Virus record (IMG/VR): IMGVR_UViG_3300028048_000051
Location: 111,843 to 175,842 of that record
Direction: 5' to 3' (one strand)
Length of the DNA: 64,000 bases
Origin: a virus
Lineage: Duplodnaviria > Heunggongvirae > Uroviricota > Caudoviricetes
This document shows, one piece after another, positions 46,618 to 55,326 of the stretch (position 1 is the stretch's first letter; each line of letters starts with the position of its first letter). A model generated the notes under the pieces. That model was not told where the DNA came from. It ran no database searches and saw only the letters and a list, made by a program, of their open reading frames with translations. Made by a program: the position numbers and the translations under genes.

Positions 46618-47148
46618 ATGAATAACTTAACGACGAGGGAGTTTTGCAGGGATTTCGGGGCGTGCCCCGAGGGCACACGCTTCGCGCTCAAGTTCGAAAC
46701 AATGAAGGATTGTTACGCCGCTTTGCTTCGCGGCGAAGCGGGAGAGAAGTCCGCAGGATGGGCGGTTTGGACGATCACGCGCGAAGGAGTGATAAGTGAC
46801 CGCAACTTGCGACTGTTCGCCGTGCGTTGTGCGAGGAGAGTGCAACATCTGATGACGGATGAGCGCATCATCAAGGCGCTCGACGCGGCGGAGCGGTATG
46901 CCAACGGCGAAGCGACGGACGATGAGCTTGCTGCCGCCCGTGCCGCCGCCTATGCTGCCCATGCCGCCGCCTATGCTGTCGCCTGTGCCGCCCATGCCAC
47001 CGCGAGCGCCGCCGCCTATGCTGCCGCCCGTGCCGCCTGTGTCGTCCATGCCCCCGCCTATTACGCCGCCCGTGCCGCCGAGCGTCGAGCGCAGTTGGAG
47101 ATTCTCGCCGAGTTCGGCAACCCGTTCGAGGAGACGAAAGATGAATAA
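46618..47148 (+). CDS. hypothetical protein with Ala-rich tandem-repeat region
   Basis: AAARAAAYAAHAAAYAVACAAHATASAAAYAAARAA... encoded by degenerate 21/24-nt repeats. Confidence 0.5.
   Translation: MNNLTTREFCRDFGACPEGTRFALKFETMKDCYAALLRGEAGEKSAGWAVWTITREGVISDRNLRLFAVRCARRVQHLMTDERIIKALDAAERYANGEATDDELAAARAAAYAAHAAAYAVACAAHATASAAAYAAARAACVVHAPAYYAARAAERRAQLEILAEFGNPFEETKDE
46930..47085. repeat. degenerate tandem repeat (about 21-24 nt units, GCCGCCCGTGCCGCCGCCTATGCT-like) inside a coding region
   Basis: Visible periodic repetition of gccgcc(c/t)(g/a)tgccgccgcctatgct units. Confidence 0.5.
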
Positions 47149-47485
47149 TCTCGAACAACTTGTGCCGCCGCCGAAAATGTGCCGGGAAATACCGGAAGGC
47201 GCGTTCGCGGACAGCGCGCTGGTGTGGACGCAGGGCATAGACGGTATGTTCATTGATTTCCGCGACGCGCTCCCAGAGGATGAAGAGGGCGATTTGCCCG
47301 CGCCAACGCTAGTCGAGATCCTTAAGGAGGGCGGCGCCCGTATGGAGTTCGAGATCGCTAACCTGCTGCTCATGGGCGGCGAGCATGCCGACACCATAAC
47401 CGATTCGGCTCTGGAGGCGTGGCTGGACATTCAAAAGGAGAAGCAGGAGCAGCCAGATGACGCAGGAAGAGACCCGTTTGATTGA
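47141..47485 (+). CDS. paralogue family A member
   Basis: MNNLEQLVPPPKMCREIPEGAFADSALVW...LPAPTLVEILKE. Confidence 0.5.
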   Translation: MNNLEQLVPPPKMCREIPEGAFADSALVWTQGIDGMFIDFRDALPEDEEGDLPAPTLVEILKEGGARMEFEIANLLLMGGEHADTITDSALEAWLDIQKEKQEQPDDAGRDPFD

Positions 47486-47777
47486 GATGCTTCGTCGCGT
47501 ACCGAAAGGGTTTATGTTCGGAAACGAGTATATGCCCGGGCAATACGAGATCGCCGACCTGCTCGAAGAAGTGCGGGATGCCATCGAGCGCAGGGATAAG
47601 GAACAAGTTATCCAGGCTCAGCGTTTTTGTGAGGAGTTCTCGAAGCGCGAAGCTGCCGAGGCTATAAAGCTGTCGGAGTTGCGTAGAGAGTCTTACGAGG
47701 GCATCTCGCAGGTCTATTCTGGGTTGGTCGACGATCTGGACAAGATCGCCGATGATTTGAGGAAAGGTAAAACGTAA
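47457..47777 (+). CDS. hypothetical protein
   Basis: ORF. Confidence 0.5.
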   Translation: MTQEETRLIEMLRRVPKGFMFGNEYMPGQYEIADLLEEVRDAIERRDKEQVIQAQRFCEEFSKREAAEAIKLSELRRESYEGISQVYSGLVDDLDKIADDLRKGKT

Positions 47778-47795
47778 AGAAAGGAGAAGCGGAAT

Positions 47796-48281
47796 ATGGA
47801 GGAGGATAAGGAGTTCTTTCCCACCACGCCGCGATCGGATGGTGTGAAACGGTTTTTCACACTTCCGGAAAAGCAACCGTTGTCGCGGGGGATGGCAGTG
47901 CTGTATAGCATCGGTTACGTGGTGGACAAGTGCATTACCGTGCTGCTGATCGTACTGTGGCCGCTGCTGACGCTACTCACCTGGGCAAGCTACTGCTACT
48001 TCAACGTCAGGACAAGACAGTGGGTCTGTATGGAAAAGGATGATCAACCGTTGGTTGATTTACGCGGCGGAGATGGTTCAGACTTTGTCGAGGCGTTGTT
48101 CATTACTTTTTTGGGCAATATTGCCGTCGGTGGATGTTTGGCTTCGTTGCTCGCCGTAGGTTGTTGGATGTGGGACCACCCGCGGATATCAGCTGTTATT
48201 CTCGGGAGTACGGCAGTGGTAGTAGCACTGTCGTATTGTGAGCATGTGTACTTAAAAAATAAAGGAATGAAACATGTCTGA
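47796..48281 (+). CDS. hypothetical membrane protein
   Basis: Two or three hydrophobic segments; ribosome-binding site present. Confidence 0.5.
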   Translation: MEEDKEFFPTTPRSDGVKRFFTLPEKQPLSRGMAVLYSIGYVVDKCITVLLIVLWPLLTLLTWASYCYFNVRTRQWVCMEKDDQPLVDLRGGDGSDFVEALFITFLGNIAVGGCLASLLAVGCWMWDHPRISAVILGSTAVVVALSYCEHVYLKNKGMKHV

Positions 48282-48699
48282 CTACCAGATCTGTGTGGTG
48301 ATCGATGGTGATGACGTCGATCTCCGGGCCAACCGTGAGAAGTTTCGTATCTTGGAACAGACCATGCGGGACAAGATGAAGGAGCTTGGATTGGATAAAC
48401 CGCGGTGTGGTGTGGTCAGCTGCTGTACCGAGGTTCCTAAACCGCTGCGCCACTACTGCCCCGAGTGCGAGCAGGAAACGCTGGTGATGCTCATATATGA
48501 GAACGCCGACGTTCAGATGCTGCTCACCAACGAGTTCGGCAACATTGTGGAGAACCGTGACAATGTGGGTATCGAGCCGGATGAAAACACTTCTGTCAAG
48601 TGCGTCTGTCACAACTGTCGGCATGTGTTTTGTTTGGATGTGATTCCGGAAACGGTTGAGCAGTTCGAGGAGATGTGCGGAAAGGAGGAGTGCCAATAA
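48274..48699 (+). CDS. hypothetical Cys-rich protein
   Basis: ORF with multiple CxxC pairs. Confidence 0.5.
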   Translation: MSDYQICVVIDGDDVDLRANREKFRILEQTMRDKMKELGLDKPRCGVVSCCTEVPKPLRHYCPECEQETLVMLIYENADVQMLLTNEFGNIVENRDNVGIEPDENTSVKCVCHNCRHVFCLDVIPETVEQFEEMCGKEECQ

Positions 48700-48700
48700 T

Positions 48701-49180
48701 ATGAAGCACTTTGATCTCCTGATAAAAGCCGAGGAGCAGCTCAAGCGTTGGAAGTGCAGCCCGATTGTAACGGAACTCCATACTTGTAACAACACCGGAG
48801 AGATCCCAGATACTATCGGCTGGACTTGCAGGGGTTCTATTCTCTTCGAGTGTAAGGCCAGCAGGGAGGATTTCCTACGGGACCGTAACAAGCTGTTTCG
48901 CCATGATCTTCCGGATCGTGGGATGGGAGATTTTAGGTTCTACCTCACCAATCCCGGCGTTGTTCATTCCGCCGACGAGCTGCCTGCCGGTTGGGGATGC
49001 TACGAGGTTAACCCAACCGGTGGGAAACCACTGTTAATCCACAAGTTCGGTGTAAAATACCACTGGTCGCTGCAGCCACCGTTGTGTGGCAATAAGCATA
49101 ATGAGATTATCATGCTGAGAAGCGTGATAAGGAGAAAAGGCGGTTATATTTCCAAATCCAGTTTGAAGGAGGAAGTATGA
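48701..49180 (+). CDS. PD-(D/E)xK-like nuclease fold protein (VRR-NUC/RecB-like), putative
   Basis: IPDTIGW...GSILFECK resembles the D...E.K core. Confidence 0.4.
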   Translation: MKHFDLLIKAEEQLKRWKCSPIVTELHTCNNTGEIPDTIGWTCRGSILFECKASREDFLRDRNKLFRHDLPDRGMGDFRFYLTNPGVVHSADELPAGWGCYEVNPTGGKPLLIHKFGVKYHWSLQPPLCGNKHNEIIMLRSVIRRKGGYISKSSLKEEV

Positions 49181-49344
49181 AAAACTTCACTGTGCATATG
49201 AAAGTCACCAAAGAATATAGCTTCACATTGCCGGCGGAAGATCTCGACGACGCATGGGAGAACGCCAAGGAGGCATTTGACCTCAATGATGCTGAGGAGA
49301 TATTCTCAAAGAAAGACATCATCAACATCGTGGAGCAGAAGTAA
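49180..49344 (+). CDS. small acidic protein (54 aa)
   Basis: Not in the track; GGAGGAAGT ribosome-binding site; coordinates hand-counted. Confidence 0.3.
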   Translation, partial: KNFTVHMKVTKEYSFTLPAEDLDDAWENAKEAFDLNDAEEIFSKKDIINIVEQK

Positions 49345-49733
49345 TGGACAAAACATGTGAATCCATCTACCAGGGCAAACCCTTGATTGCAGTAGGCAGT
49401 ACGGCGTGGGTGATACACTCGTCGAATCTTGTCAATGGCCCGAATGTGGGGACTGCGCGAGTGTCGAAAATAGAGATCACCCCGAATGGCGTGTATTATT
49501 TGCTGCATGGCGATGATAATAACGTCACGTACACCAAGAGCGCAAACCATGTTTTCGGCGATCGGGATGCCGCATACATGGCGGCTCTCGGGTGCATGCA
49601 CGAGGCTTGTCACCAGCAACTTGAGCAGGCTGAAAAAGCTATTTCCGAAAAGAAGGAGGAGCTGGAAGAACTCCTGAAGATCCGGGAGCGCATCAACTCG
49701 ATGATGACATCGATGCCGTGGAGGGACAACTGA
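49344..49733 (+). CDS. paralogue family B-like member (beta-rich N-terminus plus coiled coil)
   Basis: Same architecture as 44268 and 44620. Confidence 0.45.
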   Translation: MDKTCESIYQGKPLIAVGSTAWVIHSSNLVNGPNVGTARVSKIEITPNGVYYLLHGDDNNVTYTKSANHVFGDRDAAYMAALGCMHEACHQQLEQAEKAISEKKEELEELLKIRERINSMMTSMPWRDN

Positions 49734-50065
49734 TGGTGCAGAAGAAAACCATTGGTGTTGGTGACAAGGCGTTCTTCTACGAGATCGATCCGTTCGGCGA
49801 TGGCGACGTGTGGGAGGGTCGTGTTACTACGGTTACTAAGGAACATAGCTATGTGTTGATCGTCAACGATAAGCCCATATATGTCCCAGAAGCCCGTATT
49901 TTCGACTCTAGGGTCAAAGCCAAACATGCTCTCAGGAAAGCGATGATCAATAGTCTGGAGCAGAGACTTGACAATCTGCATGGTCGAGTTGAGGATTTGG
50001 AGCAGGCCTTACGGTTGATGAAGAAGGTCCTCGGCAATATAATTATGAAGATGAAGGAGATGTGA
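49733..50065 (+). CDS. paralogue family B member
   Basis: MVQKKTIGVGDKAFFYEID...; ATGA overlap. Confidence 0.5.
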   Translation: MVQKKTIGVGDKAFFYEIDPFGDGDVWEGRVTTVTKEHSYVLIVNDKPIYVPEARIFDSRVKAKHALRKAMINSLEQRLDNLHGRVEDLEQALRLMKKVLGNIIMKMKEM

Positions 50066-50494
50066 GATGTCCAAGGAAAACATCGAAAGCGCTCTCATCC
50101 CGCACAGAGTGGTGGAAGACGTGTACATCGGTGACATGTCTCCACTTCGCGCCTGGCGATTGTACCAGAGCTTCGTCAATCCGGGATACGTCCCGACGCT
50201 GTGGTAGATCGATGCGATGTGCGCCAAGCTCGGCATGACGCGGAACGAGTACATCGAACTCGAACTAAAAAAGCATCCCGACCCGGAGCTGCTGAAGAAG
50301 GCGGCCGATGCGCTCGGCATCACGCCGGAGCAGCTCGACGTGCGCGGTACGTATTTCGGACATGCGAAGGATACTGAAAATGCCTGATTGCACATCGACG
50401 GGATTTGCGTCGTGGGAACTCGCGGCCTGGCATGCCTGTGCTGACATGTACGCTTTCTACAGTAAGGCGCAGGAATGCGGAATAAGGAGTACGT

Positions 50495-50839
50495 ATGGAA
50501 GAGCAACTCAAGAATATCGTTCCTGACCTGAAGTTGTGCAAACATATCCCGGAGGGCGAGTTTGCCGACAGTGCCCTGGTGTGGGAACGGAACATCGGGC
50601 TGGACAGAACGGAGTATGAACCGGTCGTGAACACGCGCAAGGCCGCGCTCGACCACAACATCATCTGCCCTGCCCCCACTTTGGAGGAGGTGCTGAAGAA
50701 ACTTCCGCTCGCCATGTGCCGCCAGTATTTCGATGACGGCGATTGGTGCGTAGGATTGAATCACGTGGTCGTATGCGAGCCCTGCGCCGCTTCGGCGGCA
50801 CTGCAGCTGTGGCTGGCGCGACAGAAACCGAAACCCTGA
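50495..50839 (+). CDS. paralogue family A member
   Basis: MEEQLKNIVPDLKLCKHIPEGEFADSALVW...CPAPTLEEVLKK. Confidence 0.5.
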   Translation: MEEQLKNIVPDLKLCKHIPEGEFADSALVWERNIGLDRTEYEPVVNTRKAALDHNIICPAPTLEEVLKKLPLAMCRQYFDDGDWCVGLNHVVVCEPCAASAALQLWLARQKPKP

Positions 50840-50853
50840 ATAAGGACAAAGCA

Positions 50854-51210
50854 ATGAAGAAATTCACATTCATCGAACTGCTGACCATCATCGGCATCAT
50901 TCTCATCATCGTCGCCATGTTGTCACCGGCGTTCCATTCCTGCAACGCCAAACGGGTGAACGACATCCGCGAGTCGTACATCACTCAGGACGCCGACGTG
51001 CGCGTCAACTCCTACGAGTGGTTCTACGACATGTACCATCAGATCCAGGCGACCAAACGCAAGGCCGAACTGGCCAAGGGCACTCCCGAGGAACGCGGCA
51101 TCCGCATGGTGCTCTCCGGCATGATCGAGGAGTACAACGCCAAAAGTCGGATGACAGGTACGAAGGCGCAGTGGAAGCCGCGCGACCTGCCGTTCGAGAT
51201 CACCGAGTAA
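50854..51210 (+). CDS. protein with prepilin-type N-terminal hydrophobic segment (pilin/pseudopilin-like)
   Basis: MKKFTFIELLTIIGIILIIVAML resembles the class III (G)FTLIELxxVIxII segment, with the conserved Glu5 but no Gly before Phe. Confidence 0.4.
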   Translation: MKKFTFIELLTIIGIILIIVAMLSPAFHSCNAKRVNDIRESYITQDADVRVNSYEWFYDMYHQIQATKRKAELAKGTPEERGIRMVLSGMIEEYNAKSRMTGTKAQWKPRDLPFEITE

Positions 51211-51234
51211 CAAACAAACCAAGGAGGAAACAAC

Positions 51235-51762
51235 ATGAAGAAGGTATTCGGAATTCTCACCATCGCCGCTGCAGCTGTCTGTTTGCTGTGCGGAGCCAAG
51301 GGCGGCTGTTTGGACGAGCCGCAGGACGTCGAAAGACAGGAACAGCGTCGCAACATTCAATCGGCGCAGGCATCGATCCCGATCCCGCGGATGACGTATT
51401 ATCAGGAGCGTCGCACCATTTCCAAGTGGGCGCAGCGGTGGGATACGCCGAATCTGCCGTGCTACGTCTATCTCGTATCGTACGGGCGGATCATCGGGTA
51501 CTACGTCACCAATGGCAAGCCGTCGAGCACCCGCAGCTACATCCTGCCGGAGTACAAGCACAATTACCACGGAAGCGGTAACTGCTGTCTGGAGCCGACC
51601 GCGGATCTGGACGGTACCTACGGGCAGAACAACCCCGGCATCCGGTTCTTCACGGCCGAGGGCACCGCGGTGGAGTGGGCGGGAGACGGCGCGAGCTACA
51701 TATACTCCGACGCCCCGCTGCCGGTGAATGCGCCGATGCTCAATCAGAGACCCGCAAAATGA
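51235..51762 (+). CDS. secreted or lipoprotein-like protein with signal peptide
   Basis: MKKVFGILTIAAAAVCLLCGAKGGC...; GGAGGAAACAAC ribosome-binding site. Confidence 0.5.
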   Translation: MKKVFGILTIAAAAVCLLCGAKGGCLDEPQDVERQEQRRNIQSAQASIPIPRMTYYQERRTISKWAQRWDTPNLPCYVYLVSYGRIIGYYVTNGKPSSTRSYILPEYKHNYHGSGNCCLEPTADLDGTYGQNNPGIRFFTAEGTAVEWAGDGASYIYSDAPLPVNAPMLNQRPAK

Positions 51763-52211
51763 AGCGGGTCTTCTGGTTCGAGTGCCGGTACTCCGATGTT
51801 CTTTCCGATGTAGTTATCCGCACGTGCGACAGTCCGATCAAGCGCGTGGACAAGGAGGCTTGCCTCGTCCATACGACCGACGGTCAGGCCGTCCCGTTGG
51901 ACGAGGGGCTGTACAAGTCCCCGCAGGATGCGCTGCACCACGACTGCATGGCACCGCTGCGGGTGGATATCGAGGAGGCCAAGTATGGTTGCATCACCAG
52001 TGTCTACGGCGCCGGATTCGTGTACAAGGAAAACGTCGATGTCAAGGCTCTGTTGAAAGCCAGACTGAAGATCGCGTTGGAGTGCACGGCGTCCTGGAAA
52101 AGGCATGTGACCGAGCTTCGTACCGCGCTCGCGGACAAGTCGAGAATGGTGGCCCGCGCCGAGCTCGCCGTCAACAACTCCGTCAATATGAAGGAGGAGG
52201 CAAATGGATAA
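51759..52211 (+). CDS. paralogue family C member (RVFWFECRY...HTTDG...LDEGLYxSPQDA..HDCMAP...YGAGF)
   Basis: Near-identical motif order to 52479. Confidence 0.5.
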   Translation: MKRVFWFECRYSDVLSDVVIRTCDSPIKRVDKEACLVHTTDGQAVPLDEGLYKSPQDALHHDCMAPLRVDIEEAKYGCITSVYGAGFVYKENVDVKALLKARLKIALECTASWKRHVTELRTALADKSRMVARAELAVNNSVNMKEEANG

Positions 52212-52482
52212 CTATGTCTACATGGTCCGCAGTGCTTGGTATGACGAGTACCATGTGTTCGGCATATACACCACCGCGGAAGCCGCACGTGAGGTCTTGA
52301 GAAAATATCTTGACGAACGTACCATGATTGGATTACACACCTATAAATGGCGAGACGATAATACCGTTGATGAGTATGCTCGCATTGACCACATTACTGA
52401 GGATGTGTATTGCAATGAGTACAAAATAATCAAAGTACCGCTCAATCAGTGGACAGAAAAACCCGAGGCATGGAGAGCATGA
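52204..52482 (+). CDS. hypothetical small protein
   Basis: ORF with GGAGGAGG ribosome-binding site. Confidence 0.45.
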   Translation: MDNYVYMVRSAWYDEYHVFGIYTTAEAAREVLRKYLDERTMIGLHTYKWRDDNTVDEYARIDHITEDVYCNEYKIIKVPLNQWTEKPEAWRA

Positions 52483-52901
52483 AAAAGAGCAGAAAGAGAG
52501 TTTTTTGGTTCGAGTGCCGTTACTCTGCCGCGGTTGTTGATGTCGAGATCAGGAAGATAGACGGTGTAATCAGGTCCCGTGATGAATATTCCATCCATAC
52601 AACGGACGGCAAAGAAGTCCTGCTTGATGAAGGACTGTATAGATCTCCTCAGGACGCAAGCGACCACGACTGCATGGCGCCGGCCAGGTACTATATCGAA
52701 GCCAACAAGGTAACAAATATCTACGGTGCCGGATTCGAATACGAATCTACTGACGATCCGGAACTTGTGTACAGGACCAAAGTCAGAATAGCTGAAGAAT
52801 GCACCACGCAATGGCGCATTGAGGCTGCCGGGTATCGCCGTGATCTTGACGAGCGTGCCGTAGAAGTTACCAGGGAGGTGCTTAAAGCAGGGAAAGGATA
52901 A
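52479..52901 (+). CDS. paralogue family C member
   Basis: MKKSRKRVFWFECRYS...IHTTDGKEVLLDEGLYRSPQDASDHDCMAP...YGAGFEYESTDDPELV. Confidence 0.5.
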   Translation: MKKSRKRVFWFECRYSAAVVDVEIRKIDGVIRSRDEYSIHTTDGKEVLLDEGLYRSPQDASDHDCMAPARYYIEANKVTNIYGAGFEYESTDDPELVYRTKVRIAEECTTQWRIEAAGYRRDLDERAVEVTREVLKAGKG

Positions 52902-52906
52902 TACTG

Positions 52907-53329
52907 ATGTCTAAACGACTTTTTTGTTTTGCCGTGGAGTATACGGAGTCGCTGTCCATTTTCAACATCACGGTCAACATGGACGAGGAGGTCGATCGCA
53001 TGTCGTCGGGGACCTACCTGGCAAAAGACGGTCTGACGAAAGAAGCCTGGAGGATACTGGACTCGCCTTTGCAGGTATTGGCAATGGATCATCCGGCAGA
53101 TCACCATACGGTATATCCGCGGTTTCGAGACGAACTGCTGCATTGTCGTGGCGGGGCCTTTGCCTATAACTCTGATGATGATCCTGAGTTGGTTGAAAAG
53201 GCCAAACGTCATATTCTTCACGCGGTTACCGATCCTGTTTCGGAAGTCTGTGCAAACCTCTACAGACGTGTGTTGGCGATATCCGATAAGATATTGGTTA
53301 CCAACGACCAAATCTGTCAGCATCACTAA
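52907..53329 (+). CDS. paralogue family C distant member
   Basis: KRLFCFAVEY...GGAFAYNSDDDPELVEKAKRHI. Confidence 0.5.
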   Translation: MSKRLFCFAVEYTESLSIFNITVNMDEEVDRMSSGTYLAKDGLTKEAWRILDSPLQVLAMDHPADHHTVYPRFRDELLHCRGGAFAYNSDDDPELVEKAKRHILHAVTDPVSEVCANLYRRVLAISDKILVTNDQICQHH

Positions 53330-53342
53330 GGGAGCTACGTCA

Positions 53343-53801
53343 ATGAGTAAGTACGTGTTTTACTTTAGGTGTTCATTTACCCAAGATCCTGAGGATTTGC
53401 GCATCGACGTGGTGGACGATCTTGTTAGAGAGTCTACTGGCAACGGTATTGTCACAAAGGGCGGCAGGTATGTGATTACCAGTCATGGAGGAGTATATCC
53501 TACGTTGAAGGCAATGAAAAATGCCATCAAGCAAGGATATAGGCACGGCAGTGACATCCACGTATGTGATGATGCCGGCACGTTGATGAGGCATCACTGG
53601 TTTGGCTTCTGCTATGACTCAGAAGATGATTCGGAAGATGTCGCTGTTACAAGAGCACGTGTGGCCGATATCTGTACCGCGGCATACCTTGACATGCTGA
53701 AACACCAACGCGAGGTCATTGATGATATGACGGTCAAAGTGAAGGATGCTGTAGCTATGGTAAGAAGGGGAGAGATTCCAAGGAGTGTTATCAATGAATA
53801 G
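53343..53801 (+). CDS. paralogue family C distant member
   Basis: KYVFYFRCSF...FGFCYDSEDDSEDVAVTRARV. Confidence 0.45.
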   Translation: MSKYVFYFRCSFTQDPEDLRIDVVDDLVRESTGNGIVTKGGRYVITSHGGVYPTLKAMKNAIKQGYRHGSDIHVCDDAGTLMRHHWFGFCYDSEDDSEDVAVTRARVADICTAAYLDMLKHQREVIDDMTVKVKDAVAMVRRGEIPRSVINE

Positions 53802-54300
53802 ACCTACCATTTATGCCATCGACTTCGATGGTACCATCGTGAGGGATGCCTGGCCAGGTATTGGTGATCCTATTCCAGAGGTATGTAATCTCATCCTGAA
53901 CATCCAGAAACGCGGGGACAAATGGATCTTGTACACCATGCGCGAAGGAGAGTTGCTGGATAAGGCTCTGAAGGAGTGCGAAAGGATAGGTCTGAAGCCG
54001 GATGCGGTCAACGACAACATCAAATCCATGCAGGAGTTGTTTGGCAATAATCCGCGGAAGATATATGCCGATGTATATATCGACGACCACAACGCCGGTG
54101 GGCTGCGACTGGACAACCAAGAATCGTCGAAAAGTACAACACCTTTTTGCGATGATTGTCGGTATCGGCTTCCCATATGGCCGAATGACATTTGCGTTTA
54201 CGGTAATATGAGTCGTTCCTGCAAAATTCTTCGAGACACAAAAGATCTTTGTGGTCCGGAGGGTAAATGGTTTGATCCTAACAAGGTGGTACCTGTGTAG
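53794..54300 (+). CDS. HAD-superfamily phosphatase-like protein
   Basis: IYAIDFDGTIV is HAD motif I (DxDGT). Confidence 0.5.
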   Translation: MNRPTIYAIDFDGTIVRDAWPGIGDPIPEVCNLILNIQKRGDKWILYTMREGELLDKALKECERIGLKPDAVNDNIKSMQELFGNNPRKIYADVYIDDHNAGGLRLDNQESSKSTTPFCDDCRYRLPIWPNDICVYGNMSRSCKILRDTKDLCGPEGKWFDPNKVVPV

Positions 54301-54591
54301 ATGAAATCTTCGGTAGACATGTTGTGGGAGCGTATTTTCGCAGAGCCCGACATTGGGACAGACCAGTGGAGACAGCGCACTCGACAATGGTTGATGGACT
54401 TCGGAGCAAGTCATCGTGATTGGGTTTACTGTCGCAGACTGAAGCGAAGGGACAAACGTAAGAACACAAGGTTCTGGCGTACCAAGCAGGTCTGTGCAAC
54501 ATGGAAATCACATCCGCGCATAGTATCCACTCCGCATTCACCTGGGATGTCTGTATACGCTATGGCGTTTGGCGTCAATACAGAGCAGTAG
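54301..54591 (+). CDS. hypothetical small basic protein
   Basis: ORF. Confidence 0.4.
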   Translation: MKSSVDMLWERIFAEPDIGTDQWRQRTRQWLMDFGASHRDWVYCRRLKRRDKRKNTRFWRTKQVCATWKSHPRIVSTPHSPGMSVYAMAFGVNTEQ

Positions 54592-54611
54592 GTTTTAAGA
54601 AAGGAAAAGAT

Positions 54612-54899
54612 ATGAGTTGTCGGTTCTGCAAACACTGTAAACCGGCGCCGGAGGGCGCGGATTACTGCGATATGGACGTAGAACATATCATTACGCCGGA
54701 GGGTGTGAAGACCGAGAATTATCCGCGCAGTTGGTGTGGAGCGTCCTTGGAGTATTTCAGATCCAAGAACAACGGTCGGTGTCCGCACTTTTCCAAATCA
54801 TGGTACTGTAGTGGTAATTGCGGATGTTGCGGCGCCCTTCTGTGTGGAATACCGGCAGTGTTACTGCTTTTGTTTGTGTTGTTCGTATTATGTAGGTAA
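54612..54899 (+). CDS. hypothetical Cys-rich protein with C-terminal transmembrane segment
   Basis: Internal ATG of ORF 54501, preceded by AAGGAAAAG. Confidence 0.4.
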   Translation: MSCRFCKHCKPAPEGADYCDMDVEHIITPEGVKTENYPRSWCGASLEYFRSKNNGRCPHFSKSWYCSGNCGCCGALLCGIPAVLLLLFVLFVLCR

Positions 54900-54903
54900 G
54901 ATC

Positions 54904-55326
54904 ATGTCTGCATCGTTGGCAAAAGCCTTTGGGCTTTTCAGTGGATTGCTTCAGTACAGGTACTACCACGCCATTCACATGGCATTGGAACATTACGACG
55001 ATCCGGATGCGGTGGTGGCATTGTTTCATGATCTGGTGGAGGATGGTGATGTAACTTGGCAGCAGATAGAGGATGCCGAGGTACTGAGTGACGAGCAACT
55101 GGAGGCCCTTAAAATTCTTACGCATGACAAGATCATGACTTATCGCGATTACATCTTATCCTGTGTGGGTAATCCCATAGCGCGAAAGGTGAAATTGTGG
55201 GATGTCGAGCATCACTTGAACACCAAGGACTCACTGGCTAACTGGTTGGAGCCTAAATACCATAAAGCGAGAAGAGTGTTGATTGGAACCAAAACCGAAC
55301 ACCAAGGCTACGGAAAGGAGGTATGA
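54904..55326 (+). CDS. Rel/SpoT-type HD-domain hydrolase (small alarmone hydrolase-like)
   Basis: HMALEHYDDPDAVVALFHDLVEDGDVT resembles SpoT H...aALLHDviEDT. KVKLWDVEHHLNT resembles IKLADRLHNMRT. Confidence 0.65.
   Translation: MSASLAKAFGLFSGLLQYRYYHAIHMALEHYDDPDAVVALFHDLVEDGDVTWQQIEDAEVLSDEQLEALKILTHDKIMTYRDYILSCVGNPIARKVKLWDVEHHLNTKDSLANWLEPKYHKARRVLIGTKTEHQGYGKEV

Noticed and set aside
46627-47430. 267-aa Gly-rich minus-strand ORF
   Set aside because: Reverse complement of the Ala-rich tandem-repeat coding region, so a mirror artefact.
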